DNA from: Klebsormidium nitens
Taxonomy: Eukaryota > Plantae > Klebsormidiophyceae
Reading direction: 5' to 3'
Length of the DNA stretch: 41,324 nt
Assembly: GCA_000708835.1 (NCBI GenBank)
Contig: DF237662.1
Coordinates: forward strand, 1 to 41,324
The notes under the pieces are model-generated. The model searched no databases. It saw nothing but the letters and a program-made list of their open reading frames with translations, and was not told where the DNA came from. A program made the translations under genes and the position numbers. Of this stretch, positions 19,997 to 32,700 are shown piece after piece; positions within the stretch are counted from its first letter, which is position 1; each line of letters begins with the position of its first letter.

Positions 19997-22900
19997 ATGG
20001 CGGCCCAAAGCCGCCTCCTTGGGGCGACAAGCGCGCCCTCAGCCTTCGAATTCCGAACCAGCAATCAGAGACCATCTCGGGACAGCCACATTGCATCTTG
20101 CCTCCCCTGCGCCACCTACTCTTCTCGCCCCGCATCCACCTCTGGTTTCCCCCAAAAGCGTGCATCTTCTCAAACTCCCAAGCTGCTGTGGAAGGGGCTG
20201 GTAAGGCGTGATGATGTCAGCGGCGGGGTGGTGACTACGAAAAGCAGGGCTGCAGGCAATCCGCCGAGGTCGGGAAGCAGGGGCTCTGCTCTTGGCAGCT
20301 CATGCAGCACAAGCTCATTAGCGGATGTGTTTGTAGAATTGAAGAAGAAAAACGAGGTGAGGTTTTATCTAGGTTTTGAAGAACTGGACATCTCTCTGTG
20401 TGGTATCATTGGGAAAAAACTGTCCTTCCCCATCTTCCAATCAGTGGTGGTTTCTAGAGTGCCTTCTCAGATCAAGGGTTAAGCACCATTACCAGGTTTT
20501 CGACATTTACTTTCTCCATCTCAAAAAAACTGAATGACCGAAACAACATCGGCATTGAAAGCCTTGAAAACGCCCGGTAGACGCAATCCCCTGAACATCA
20601 ATTGGCCAATGTGAGAAAATGAGGAAGACTTATCCAGTGGTCCTCTTCAAGGGTTTATAATTGTGGCTTCATCTGGCTGCGAGAATGTGAATTGCAACGT
20701 GGTATGCTGTGCTTGACTGGAAAAGCGAAGAGTCCTGCTCAAATCACTATCTGGTTCGCTTGGACTGCAACACCCATCACAACATAGTACTGTCCATGTT
20801 ACCGCCACACATTGAGAAAGTAGTTACTCACCCATGTTCACTGCTTTATGAACCGCTGTCAAGTGGAGATAAGTCAAGGGGAGAGAAGGGGCTTGGTATT
20901 TTTCATGGATGAGATTGAGCAGGACTGACGAGCGACGATTGATGGACAATTCTGATATCCGATGCTAAAGCACTAGAACACACCCTGCCATGCAAGGTGC
21001 GATTGCATTCTTGAATGGGCATTCTACGCTACCTGGAAAAGTTCAACGTGTTTTCGAAACAAGTCAGTGTAGAAGGCGGTCTTCCGGTAAACTCCAAAGG
21101 GCCCCCTCAAAGCTCAATTACTTGACCAATGGTCCAAATGGCATCAAGGTAGCGGCGTCAATTGTCACTTCTTGCGGGTTCCCTTGCAGGTATAATGAAT
21201 TGCCTTAGGGTCCATGATCTGCACCTGTTCTGTCGATTTCTGACCCCCAACTATACAAAAGTCCTTGCGAGTGCCAGAAAGCGACACTATTCGTCAAACT
21301 TAACCCACTTTGTTACTCATGCTCCCTCCGCCTACTGAATGGCGTAGATCACTTAGCCGACAATACTGTCAATTGGCAGTCTCAACCCTTCGTTACTGAC
21401 ACATGATCCCCTGCCAGGTGGCGTTCATCCCTTTCCTTACTGCTGGCGACCCCGACCTCGCTTACACAGAGAAAGCGCTGACGACGCTCGATGAGGAGGG
21501 CGCTGACATCATCGAACTTGGAGTCCCTTACTCAGATCCTCTGGCCGATGGACCTGTCATTCAGGTAGGAATGTTGGAGTCGCATTACTTTATGAGTTTC
21601 TGAATGAAATTTGCGTTGATTGGGGACAAGGCGAAACGTAGTTGCCACTTTGGTACTCCATTGCCGAAATGAAGTACCCTTCTTAGGTTGGTTGTAAACC
21701 TTGAAAGGGTGGAGATTTGGCACTCGTTTTATGGGACGTGCAGTAGGTCCAAATGAGGAGAAGATACGGTTCGTGGTCAACTCTATTCTGCAACTCGGAT
21801 CCATTTTCTGCAACCCAAATAGGTGCACTTTCAGAGATTCGACTATGCTCATCAGACAGACGCACAGGAACAAAGGCAGACTCTACTCGCTTTCTTCAGT
21901 GTGCTTTTAGTACCACAGTTGCACGACACCCCTTGTGGGAGATTGACGATGCGACTGTGGCTTTTGCTATCATAAATTCGAACAAAACGAAGAGCGTTTC
22001 CTCAAACCCCAATCTAAGTCCAACCTTAGTTAACTCATGAAAGGTCGAATGCGGGCATGCTTGTCTCATCCTCCCTTTGCAAAAGACTGGGATTAAAATT
22101 AGCCACACAAGACAGGCACGACCTACGGAAACTGGTATGGTCGTCTCGTCTCCGGACACAGAAAAGGACCTGAGCAAGGCGTCAAACCCAGTTTTACCCT
22201 TCGGAATACTTGACAAGCATGCTTGGTTTCACTCTGGTGAGACTCACACGTAGTGACAGTTCTCCTCGGAAGACCAAGGACAAACTCAGTCTGCCCGCTC
22301 TTCGGTACAAACGCTCCCATGGAATTGTAAGATTCAAGTTAGATCATGTCCTTTGTTCCAGGCGGCCGCCACGCGCGCTCTAAACCAACACACCGACCTC
22401 GCCTCCGTGCTCGACTTGATGCACCGGGTGACTCCGAACCTGCGCGCCCCTATCGTACTCTTCACTTACTACAATCCAATCATGAAGCGGGGCGTGGAGA
22501 AGTTCGTGAAAGACGCCAAAGCAGCGGGGGCTGCTGGTGAGACTCTTTTTCACAGTTGTGCTTTTCTTCAACATTCGTTTTGGCAGCATTTGATGCGACT
22601 CCGCTCCGCGAATCGTCCCTAATCGAACTGTAACAATTGAAGGAGGGAGACGGGGTTGTCGAATCAAACCTTAGCTTGTCCGTGCGCTCAGAGGCCCTAC
22701 TCTAGGAGTTGCTTAGCGGTCGCACATCTGGTGGTCCTGTGCGTTCTGTGGAATCAAGCCATATGGGCCTTGTTAGGTACGAGAATGCTTGCCTCGTGTA
22801 GATCTGGTTGTCTAAAGGAAATTCTCTGACTCAGACCGTTATGGCTCCGTGCTATCGGATTGGGGAACTCAAGGAGACAAGGAATGGCTTCCTACTCGAA

Positions 22901-24796
22901 ATACCTAAAACAATGTGGCCTTTCATAATGGCAGTGTATGTTGCCCCATCTCGTTTGCACTGGCGCCGGGCACCTTCTCTGGGTTTCTTCCCAAAAACGG
23001 ACGAAAGAGAACGGCACGCAATGACTCCCTGTGAAGCCCTGTTTGTTGTGTCCCTTCCCCGTCTAGTCTGATGCCAAAAGTGGCCACCGGACGTGTGCTA
23101 GCATGTCTCTAATAGGACGAGGTAAAGAGTGGAAGGCTTAGGACTTCAAGACTGGAAGGCCTTGTTGAACCGGTGGTGTGATAAATGCCCTACAGGTCTG
23201 GTGGTGCCAGACATCCCCTTGGAAGAAACAGGGCCTCTTCGGGAGCTCACAACGCAAAATGGGATGGAGCTGGTGCTGCTCACGACGCCCACGACACCGC
23301 TGGAAAGAGCGAAGGCGATCGCCGAAGCGACACAAGGTTTCCTGTACTTGGTAAGAAATACCGCTATTCCAAGACCTGTACTTCGGAGGTTGAACATTCC
23401 AGTCTCGGGTGGCGGGTCGGTGATCTGGGTTGCCTGGCAGCTCGGCAGTTTCGTGTAAATGGATAGGAGATCCTGGACGGTGAATAGTGAAATATGTGTT
23501 CTAAGCGACACGACAAGGGGAGTTTTAAGAGGAGTTGTCCTCAACGTTGCAACATCGACCCCCGGTGCACGTCGCTCTCATAATCGCGCGTTTCAGAGTT
23601 GCCTCAAGCGTAGAGTAATTGGATGATCAGGATCGACGGAGTCATCGCAAGAGATGGTAATAAACTGCTTCACAAAAGAGACGTGCATAGAAAGACATCA
23701 CCCACCCTATTGCTTCCTTTCTTCTGGTCAGCTCCTGTGCACGAACTCCGAAGTTGCGGACAGAGGGCAACGGATTGTTGGACAAGACTAAGAAGCGATC
23801 TTGACCCGCTTCGACAGCCTAAAACTTGTTGGGACGAGCATGACGTCAGCCATCCTCCCTTCTCTGCAGGTCAGCGTTGCGGGGGTTACGGGGGCCCGGT
23901 CACAGGTCGCGAGCCGAGTCGAGGGGCTGTTGACAGATCTCCGAACAGCAACGGATAAGCCGATCGCGGTTGGGTTCGGAATTGCGACAAAGGAGCACGC
24001 GGCTCAGGTGAGACTCGAGGCCTCCCTGATATGAGAAACTCGGAAGACGAGACATCGTGAGAGCCAAATTTGAACAAGACTGCCATTGTCTCCGCTTACA
24101 GTTTGAAAGGAGGCGTTGTTCATTTCAGCAGTTGTGGTATCAAGGGAATTACCGGCAAACAGCAAAAGTTACGAAGCTCCTCGTTGATTTACTCTGATCT
24201 TCTTCCTTAAATCCCTTCGTTTCCGGCCTGTATCTCTCGATAGTGTCTGCAAGCGATTGGATCGTGTTTGTTTGCCAGGCAAGATGCCGGCATTTTCTAA
24301 TCCGCTCGTCTCTTACGTAAGTTTCAACGTGTGCTTCTACGTCTACTTTCCTTGCCAGATGAGAAGGGGTTTGCTTTCCTCAGAACACGTCGAGCCGTTT
24401 CTTTGTTGAGTAATCAGGCACCAGAAACCGACTCTTAAGCGGTTGAAAAGCACTCGCTTGGTGAACATTTTTGGACATCCGTTTGAAAAGATGGATAGCG
24501 CCCCTTCATGCGCTGCTTTGACTCATTATGAGCTCCAGATCAATCGTGACAAGATGCTGGACGGCAGACTGCTGTTTAGCGCTTATTGGATGCTAATTAA
24601 CAAGCAAGCTCACCAGATTTGGCGCTCGTTTTCCACTTTTCAGGTGACCGAATGGGGAGCGGACGGCATCATTGTAGGGAGCGCACTCGTGAAAGCCCTA
24701 GGGGAAGCTGCGTCCCCCGACGAAGGTTTGAAAGCTCTACGAACACTTGCTAGAAGTATAAAGCAAGGGTCGAAAAAGCTAGTCCAAGCCGCTTAG
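19997..24796 (+). CDS. TSA1: Tryptophan synthase alpha chain with a predicted plastid transit peptide, 6 exons, 375 aa
   Basis: join(19997-20356,21418-21564,22362-22536,23196-23350,23870-24007,24644-24796), phases consistent. Motifs: [32 protein letters not shown] (catalytic Glu and Asp), [46 protein letters not shown]. The N-terminus is Ser/Arg/Ala-rich. Confidence 0.97.
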
Positions 24797-25996
24797 AGGG
24801 ACCCGTTCAGCCTGGGACTTTAGTTCACTTTACCTTCAGACTGGGTTCGGTAATAGTAATGTGTATGGTTTCGAGTTTCTCATGCCCAAGTTCGCTGGTG
24901 GGCCCATGTCATGGTGTAGCATGCAACGGAAAACTTCCAGCGTTATGATAGTTGCCCTAGTAGGTGGCTCCGTCCAGGCAGAGCATGCAATCAACTTGTG
25001 AAAAAGCGGGCCGTAACACCATGCATCCCGTTGTGGACGGTCTACATTTCGGTGCATGAATGTACTTTGAAGTGTCCGATTGGCTCCGGTTCGCGGCCAC
25101 CTGGGTGCTTTTAACGAATCATGATTCGTCTTCACGTCAGTACGTACTACGGTATACCAAACTCCGATCGCTAGTGAATGTATACAGTGACTGATGCAAA
25201 TTGTTTGCAACCTGCGGCCCCGCCGCCGCGCGTATGGTCACAGTAACATTTCACCATGTGCGGCCGGCCATGCCATTTCACCATGTGCCAAATGTTCGAG
25301 AATGCACGTACAATGTTCGACCCTGCATACCATAGGCCGCGGCCGGGGCGGCCATGTCCGAGTACGTCGGAGTCTCTCGCTCGCGCGGGCTTTAGCTCTT
25401 CAATGCATGTATATAGGCCGCAATAATTGACCCGGCCTGCATGTGCATGTATACGACATGATTGCATGCCGTGCACCGTCGCGCCACTGATTCCATTATA
25501 TTGGTAAATTGAGTTCTGGGCATCCGGTCAGCTTCAATGTGCAGTTGTGCGCCCGGGCTAGGCCGCCATACTTGCTGCTCTGCCTCGCCGACACGTACGC
25601 GTTCATGCAATGTCTCCCGGCGTATGCACTGCATGCATGTCAGTGCATGCTGTGCCTAGTATGCACCTCGCTAGCTTGGGATATGCATGGCATTGAACAG
25701 ATCTTCTGTCGATCATCAGCCCCCGGGCCCGGGCCCCTGTGAGCCCATAAAGCGCACATTGCACCCTAGCTTTCGACCGTCTAAGTACGTTTACAAAAGG
25801 AGTAGCACAACGTGCCGGTGCACAAGGGTCAAGCTGAGGTATCTCATGCAGAATGATCGAAGCTATGCCCGTCATACTCGCGAACAACAATTGAAGACAA
25901 GGACCACCATTACATACCCCGCAGCACAGTGTCGGGCCATCCTTCTGAACTCTTTGAAAGTACGAAGTGTAGCAACAAAAGCGGTTCATTCGAAGG

Positions 25997-28307
25997 TCAA
26001 TCCTGTTCCGTTTGTTGCAGAAGCGCATATGCTGACACGAGAGCCCAAGCATAGTCCAGCCACTTATCGTTTACGACGTGTTCTTCAAACGCTATGGTCG
26101 CCTCTCTACTGATTTCGGACACTCGCACAACGTTAGCTTGCAACTCCTTTATCCTCTCCTCCCAGTCCCCCCCTTGCGCTTCAAGTGGAACGAAATGCAC
26201 AAACGGAACGAGAAACTCCTCAAAGTATTCCTTCGTTAACGACTTCGGTTTCAAGACGACGGCCATTGTCGACAACAGGTAGGAGAATCGACTCTCCAAG
26301 GACGAGGTGTCTGTAGCCACGACGAACCTGTGCCGTAGGTAATCCGAGTAACTTACGTTAGTCTCTGTCGTCAACTCGTTTCGGTAAACTTTCCGCCAGA
26401 GCTCCTCTGAGCAGCCAACCGGTCGGCAGTCCTCAAACCTCGCGTCCACTGCTTCCGGAATCTTCCTCCCAAGGCGAACCATAGCTGCACTGGGGTGGTT
26501 TTTCCAATGCTCTTTTTCGCCCCCTTTTCCCGATCCTTCTGGGGGGCCCCTCCAAAATACTTTCGGGTTCCGACTGATCCACGGATGGGCCAACACAACG
26601 TTTTTCCGCCACTTTCGTAACCTACCGTAAAGCTCAAACGACGGAAGCGGAACGTCAAGAAAACCTTCGTGTGCAAAGTAGCCAAACAACGGGGGACGAC
26701 TCAGGGAGGGTACGCTGAGCGGTAATAAGGGGGTGATTGCCGTGCTGACAACGAGATCGAGATAGCTTGGCAAGCCGCGCGTTCGTTGGAGGGTGTCAAA
26801 CAGCAAATACCACCTTGCAACTCTTTGTAGATACGTACTGTCTTCTCTTTCGCGGCCCTTGACCATAACGGGTTTGCTTAACATGCCGTTCGTGACCCGG
26901 ATCCTAGCGACCCCGAATCCTTGCTGCTCCAGCCATGCGAAGAACTCGTCCATCGTCCGCTCGGTGAATCGCTTCTCGGGGTGATCCTGAATGTCGCTCG
27001 ACCAGGGCTTGAGCCACTGCCGGGCCGAAAAGATGACGTCAGCAGGCACGTCACGGGGACTGTCAGGGCACCCGATGGAGCTCGGAAGCTTCCGCGCCTC
27101 TGCACATGGAGCGGGCGGGGAGAGACGTCAGTCGACTTTTCGTTTCGCTGCTCTTCGACCAAGTGATCTTTTCCCTGCCTTCCCAATGTTACTGTTCCTT
27201 CAACTTTGCTGTCTTTCGTTGATAAGTTTGTGTATACAAAGTAATCCGTGCTTCAATCTGACAAGAGTTGCGAGGCGCCCTGAAGATAATAAGTATTCAG
27301 TTAGCAGTTCAAACCCAAAAAGCCAACTCGAAGGCTAGCAGGAGCGGACAAGTCATCACGGGAGCGTGCTGAAAGTACCGGAAGTTTCTTACATTACAAG
27401 CAAACAATCAAGAAGCATCTGAAGTACAAGAAAAGACTCGGAGTCAAACTCCAAATTGAATTAAGGACTGCATCCAACAGTAAAACGTATTGCCTTTCAA
27501 ATCTTTGCATGGGTGGAAAAGCCTTAACCACTTCTAAAACGACTTCTCAAACCATGCCCAGACTACCAGCTTACTTTCTCTATACCTATCAGTTTGGCCC
27601 CCACCCTATTCTTTACAGGTCAGATTTTTTCCAAGTGGCCTGCCATTCTGATGTGATATTCCTCGGTCAATGTGCCCCGTTCCATCAATTCAAGCTGGCA
27701 CCGGATCAAAAATGGACTATGGCTGTCGAGTACAAGGCTCAAAGGCTTTGGCAAGACCATGAGTAGCTTGATTGTCTTTGTGGCTTCTGTCTAGCTGTTA
27801 CTGCAACCAATCAGACTGGTCAATAGGAAAAAGTCTTGGTTGAGAATAGATAAGAACACTGAAATGAGAAGCGTTAAGAATATTGGTGGACTTCAGTTGG
27901 TGAGTCCCTCGATAGTGAGGACTCTTCGTCTCCTGATTCAGAAGATTCTCTCAAACCATTGAACCTTGTCAGGTTTCACATCAGCAAACTGCTAAATGCT
28001 TTCGCGGAACTCCCTCGAAGTGAATAAGCCCTAGTCTATATCCAAGGGGATAGAAGAAAGACGTAAGTCAGCACAGGATCGCACCTGTTTTCTTCTCCTG
28101 CACGACCCGTTGCGCCTCCTTCTCCCCGAGGGTCCCAAACCCCTCAAACGGCTGGACCTTGGGGCCCAGCCTTGAGACTGCCACTATTTGAAAGTAAACA
28201 ACAACAACTAGGATGAGGGAGAGTGACAGTAGCGGCAGGCGGCCAGAACCTAAGAGGGAAACCACAGTAGCCCGCAGGGATGGCCAGGGAGACTTGGAGC
28301 GTGCCAT
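25997..28307 (-). CDS. Glycosyltransferase family 90 (CAP10/Rumi/KDELC-like), type II membrane protein, 441 aa
   Basis: join(28307-28085,27099-25997), phase-1 intron with a ctgac branch-like motif, polypyrimidine tract and tgcag. It has an N-terminal TM (LLSLSLILVVVVYF) and GT90-like motifs PWISRNPKVFWRG, SRFSYLL..AVVLK and EYFEEFLVPFVHFVPL. Confidence 0.85.
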
Positions 28308-29768
28308 CAATCAAGTAACCACCACACTCCTGACCAGAGGGCACTTTGTCCAACCAGCAACAAGAGCTGGCGGGAGGGGGCTTAAGTGACCACTAACCAG
28401 GAACTATCAAGAGCTACGTAAGCTTCATTGTTGTGAAGGTATTCCAGTTTATAACCGCTGATGCGTGCGCCCTGAGGCAACTTTGAATTACGCTGTGAAC
28501 GATGGCTTTCTCATGTCATCCTAGTCAGTGCCGCAACTCCAATGTGGCTTGGCCTGGTTGGCTTTGCACAAAAATATTCTATGGCGCTTGAGATACTGAT
28601 GCATCTGCAGCGGAGAGTTGCTAACCAGGGGAAATGTGCGCATGACACAACAGGACTTCTCTCACTTCAGCTTCACTTTCTGCCAAATAGGCAGATCAGC
28701 TGAGCCTGGCGGAGTATATCCCCCATCACTTTAATATTAGTGGCAAAATGTACGTTTTGGCCCCCTTGCAAAGGCCCTTCTGTGAGCAAGCTACAGGGGC
28801 AGCAATCAGCCCTAACGATCTCTATCTATTGAAACCAGCCACCCTATACCTTCAGCCTTCAGGCCTTGCCCAGAAGGACTTGGAGCCCTATCAACTGATG
28901 GTGACTCCGATTGTCGTCTCGACCGACAGCACCCGTCCAATTGTGATGTGTTTGCCAATCCACCCCCTCAAAGCGCCGGTCTCACAAGTCCCAGCAATGC
29001 TGGCCCCTGCTTCGGAGATGGAGTTGGTCTGCCTGGTGGCTATCCCTAGATACCACTGCCCAACTTTCAGCCACATCTGTGGACACTTCTTGTGCTCGTG
29101 CGCATCAAAGGCATGGGGCGACATCTATCACAAAGGGGATCAACACTGTGCGACACCGATGCCAATGGTGCTTCCTTCTCCCAACTTCCAAGCCCTCATG
29201 AGCCCTAATACAGATCAAAATAACAATATTAAAATGCGTATGAAAAAGCAGACAAATGTCAATTTCTTTGATACGTACGGATGCAAGATTTTGTCAGCTA
29301 GGGCTGCGGTAGCACAGTCACTTACTCGATAGCGCTCGTAGGAACGGTATACGCCACAATATCGCTCAATATGTGCACGCTACCTCTTCTCGTATAGGCC
29401 ATATAGGCTGATGGAAGTGAAGGCTAGATAAGCGGAAGGTGGGATTGGAGGAAAATGTCGGCTCATTGCAGGGATTCGGGAGAGAACTTCAAAGTGGAAG
29501 TGTCAAAGCTGTCCAGAGTGTGGAGGAGGCGATCGAGGAGGCTTTGCTGTGATTTGCAGCTTCTGCTGAGTGTTGTCTGTTGACGTTGTATGGCGCCCGT
29601 TTCATAGACTGCGTTCGTGACCCGAATTTTAAAGCGTGAGCTTGCCGTGGACGCTGCGCAAAGCTCGGGCCATTTCATTACAGAGCGGCCCCTTGGAACT
29701 GGAAGACAGTGCAGCTCAACATATCAAACAAAATTCGCATTCGTATTAGTCACTCCTGGGCAAATTTG

Positions 29769-32700
29769 ATGCCCGATCATTTAAAAACCAGGCCGGGCAA
29801 TAATCTTGCGGAGATGGCAGCCATTAAAGAAACAACCATCTCGCCTGAGGTTTTGAATGCTGTGGCAACGTTGGCACCCCGTTTTACGCTTGGTGATGTG
29901 AGATGACAGACTCCTTCACTCTAGAGTCCTGAGAGGTGTCGTCTCTCTTCACCTCTTGCAGAAGGTTCCTGGTCGTACTTGTTTCATTCAAAGCATCCAC
30001 TCCCCTGCTTTCAAAAGGGTTTCCATCTTAGCACAGCTGTTCTCAATTGCAGGTTTCTGAGCTTGCTTAATCATCCTCCAGCTGCATAAGGGTAGACAAA
30101 TCAGTTGCTTCATAATCCACAAGGATTGAAGTGGACATCTGCCTAGGTTGATGAGGGCTAACCCCACCTGTACCTTGCTTGGCTTCTTTGACTAACGTTT
30201 GTGATTCATCCCTGTCTGTACGGTTTGAAGGGCAACTTTTTGGCATCACAATCATAAGGTACCACCCAGGTTCAGGTTTAAGGAGGTTCTGTTTAGAGAT
30301 GTGTGCTCTCCTTCCACGAACAACTCTCCCCAACCGTGGTCATATCGTTTGTCCAGCTGACTCTACATTAATACAGTACGTTGTATCCACCCAGTACTGG
30401 GGCGCTCTACCAGTGTCAAATTTAGAGACTTGTCATATCTGAGACCAACCACTGCTATCAATCTTATTGTGGTTCCACTTTTCAGGACCTTAAGGTTGTC
30501 ATACTCAGCCCAGGCCTCCAATGCTTTTATTCTGATAGCCTAGGTCCTTCGGTACGCAAGTTCCAATTCCCCTTTCAATCCCAGGTTTCCAAGGTTCCTG
30601 AATGCAGATCTCTGATGCCAAACTTCAAGCGAAGCCCCAAACTAAAGTTTGACGGTCTGATCCCCGCAGGTACTTCTTCAGGGCGGGGCTGTCGTTGATG
30701 CTACGCTAGTGCGGCAGCAGATCCTTGCGCTGGCCGGACGCACAGGCGCTCATCTTGAGACTGCTCCAGAAGTCGGAGAGGTAATCGTCTAATCCATTCT
30801 CCTTCCTTACTGACGTGGATTCGAATGTCTGGGATGGTTGAGTGATGACCTTTTCGTCCCTGGCAAGGGATGTCCTTGGATTATTGGAGGAGCAAATGTT
30901 GTTTGTGCGATTTTGGAAATGTTTTGGTTGACGTCAGTGGATGGCTGAAAACCGAGATAGTGGAAAGGGTGGCTTGGACCCTCAAGAGGTTTGTTGCACT
31001 TTACTGCATCGTAAGAAAGGCGACTTGAGCAACTTTTTCATTGATTGTCCGACGAGCACCTGTTCCTTGGATTTTCCGACCTGTTTTGTTGATCTCTGAT
31101 CTGCACGTTGCTCCTCGATCCGTATCATGTCCTCCACAGGATGTAGAGTTGATTGCCGGGCCTTTCGCAGTGTCGTACTTGCCAGTACAAGTGCCAATGT
31201 AGAGGGCTTGTGTATAGAGCAATAAACATGTATGCAATTCAATCCAATCAGGAACCTGAACCTTTTTGACATGAAGTTTCATCCCCTGAAAAGATCGAGT
31301 TTCATCCCCTGAAAAGATCGGATATGAGTGGCATAACCCAGAACATATATCTTTTGCCCTGCCAGGTTGTCTACATCTTCCCCAGGAACGTGTGCACCAT
31401 CCTGAGGTCCCGCACCGCTGGAGACCGCTTCTCCTCGTTCCTGAAAAAGGCCCGGAAGGTGTTGGGCGTGGCCTTCAGGATCGCCTTTGGGGTCTTCCTC
31501 TTTGCGTCCATCATCCTGGCGATAACCGCGATACTTGTCATCGTCATACTGGCCCTCTCTCAGGTAGGATTGGTTTTCTCACACCATGTTTTACCTCGTC
31601 AATGCGAACAGGGTTCAAAGTTCGGGTGGTGATCTCGTTTGGGGTTTCTGTCCAACTGACATGTTAGCCTGGGCGTTGCATGTCTGTGGTGCTGCTTTTT
31701 CCTAGTTAAAGCTTCCTAACAACGTGGCTTGTTGCGTCCTGTTTACCCAGTTGTCACCGGTACCCTTTTGTCCTTGACAAGGGCAATCTAGAAGGCAGCT
31801 TTTGAAACGGTGGTACTCTTCGGCTTGCATTTCGTAGACGCGGTACTAATCCATCAATCAGGCAGAGCAACTTGAGAGCTCAACGTTCAAAACACCCCTA
31901 AAATACTACGACTTCGATTTCACGCCGCGAAGCTGTGCACCCTAACACTCTCAGGTGGGCGCACAAAGCGTGTGAATAAGCGGGAAGCTCACGCACTCTA
32001 GTTTTCTTTTCCCAGAGACGCGGTGGAGAAGGCGGCGGGGGCCCCTTGTTGCCCATTCACACTGGGCCCGGAGGTGGGGGTGGTGGCGGCGGGGGCGGAG
32101 GGGGCGGCCGAGGACACTTCCACTACAGCCCATGGCTGTACGGCGGTTCTTCATGTGAGGGATTCCATCCAAAGTCCCAGACCTGACGGCTTTAATCGAC
32201 CTCTTTTTTCCCCCTGACTTCGCTTTTTGATACTTCGTTACCTGATTTAGTATGGTTATGATTTTCTTTGGGTTCGCCGCCCTCTGTTGAGAAAGACCAA
32301 GGGTCAGAATGGGTCGGTGTGAGGTGCGTATCGGTGCGTTTCGGTATCACACGTGAAAGTCGGCTCAAAGAATGATGGCCGTTGAGTTTGTAGCTTATCG
32401 AAAGCGGAAAGTGAAAAGATGAAAAAGCTGGATAAGTCTTTTGAACGCTGTTTCCTCTTTGTGCAGGGCACGACATCTGGCTGCTTATGTATCTGAACGA
32501 CGATGCACGGCGGAGACAGCGGATGGCAGACTGGGATAACAGAGGTACGAAACACTCTTTCGATTCTAGCACTCTTGGTTTGGACGAGTCAGAAGATGCG
32601 CTTCTTTACCGACGGGCGAATGCAAAGCACGGATTGTAAGAATCCTTGCGAGGCATTGCCAGGAAGTTTCCGGTGATACTGTCGGCGACGGCGCATCAGA

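Noticed and set aside
31001-31282. Minus-strand ORF with faint ribosomal protein S19e-like words (KKVQVPDW, GRK...QVA)
   Set aside because: The spacing is about 30 aa shorter than in S19e, the middle is unconserved, and it lies antisense in an intron. This is probably chance.
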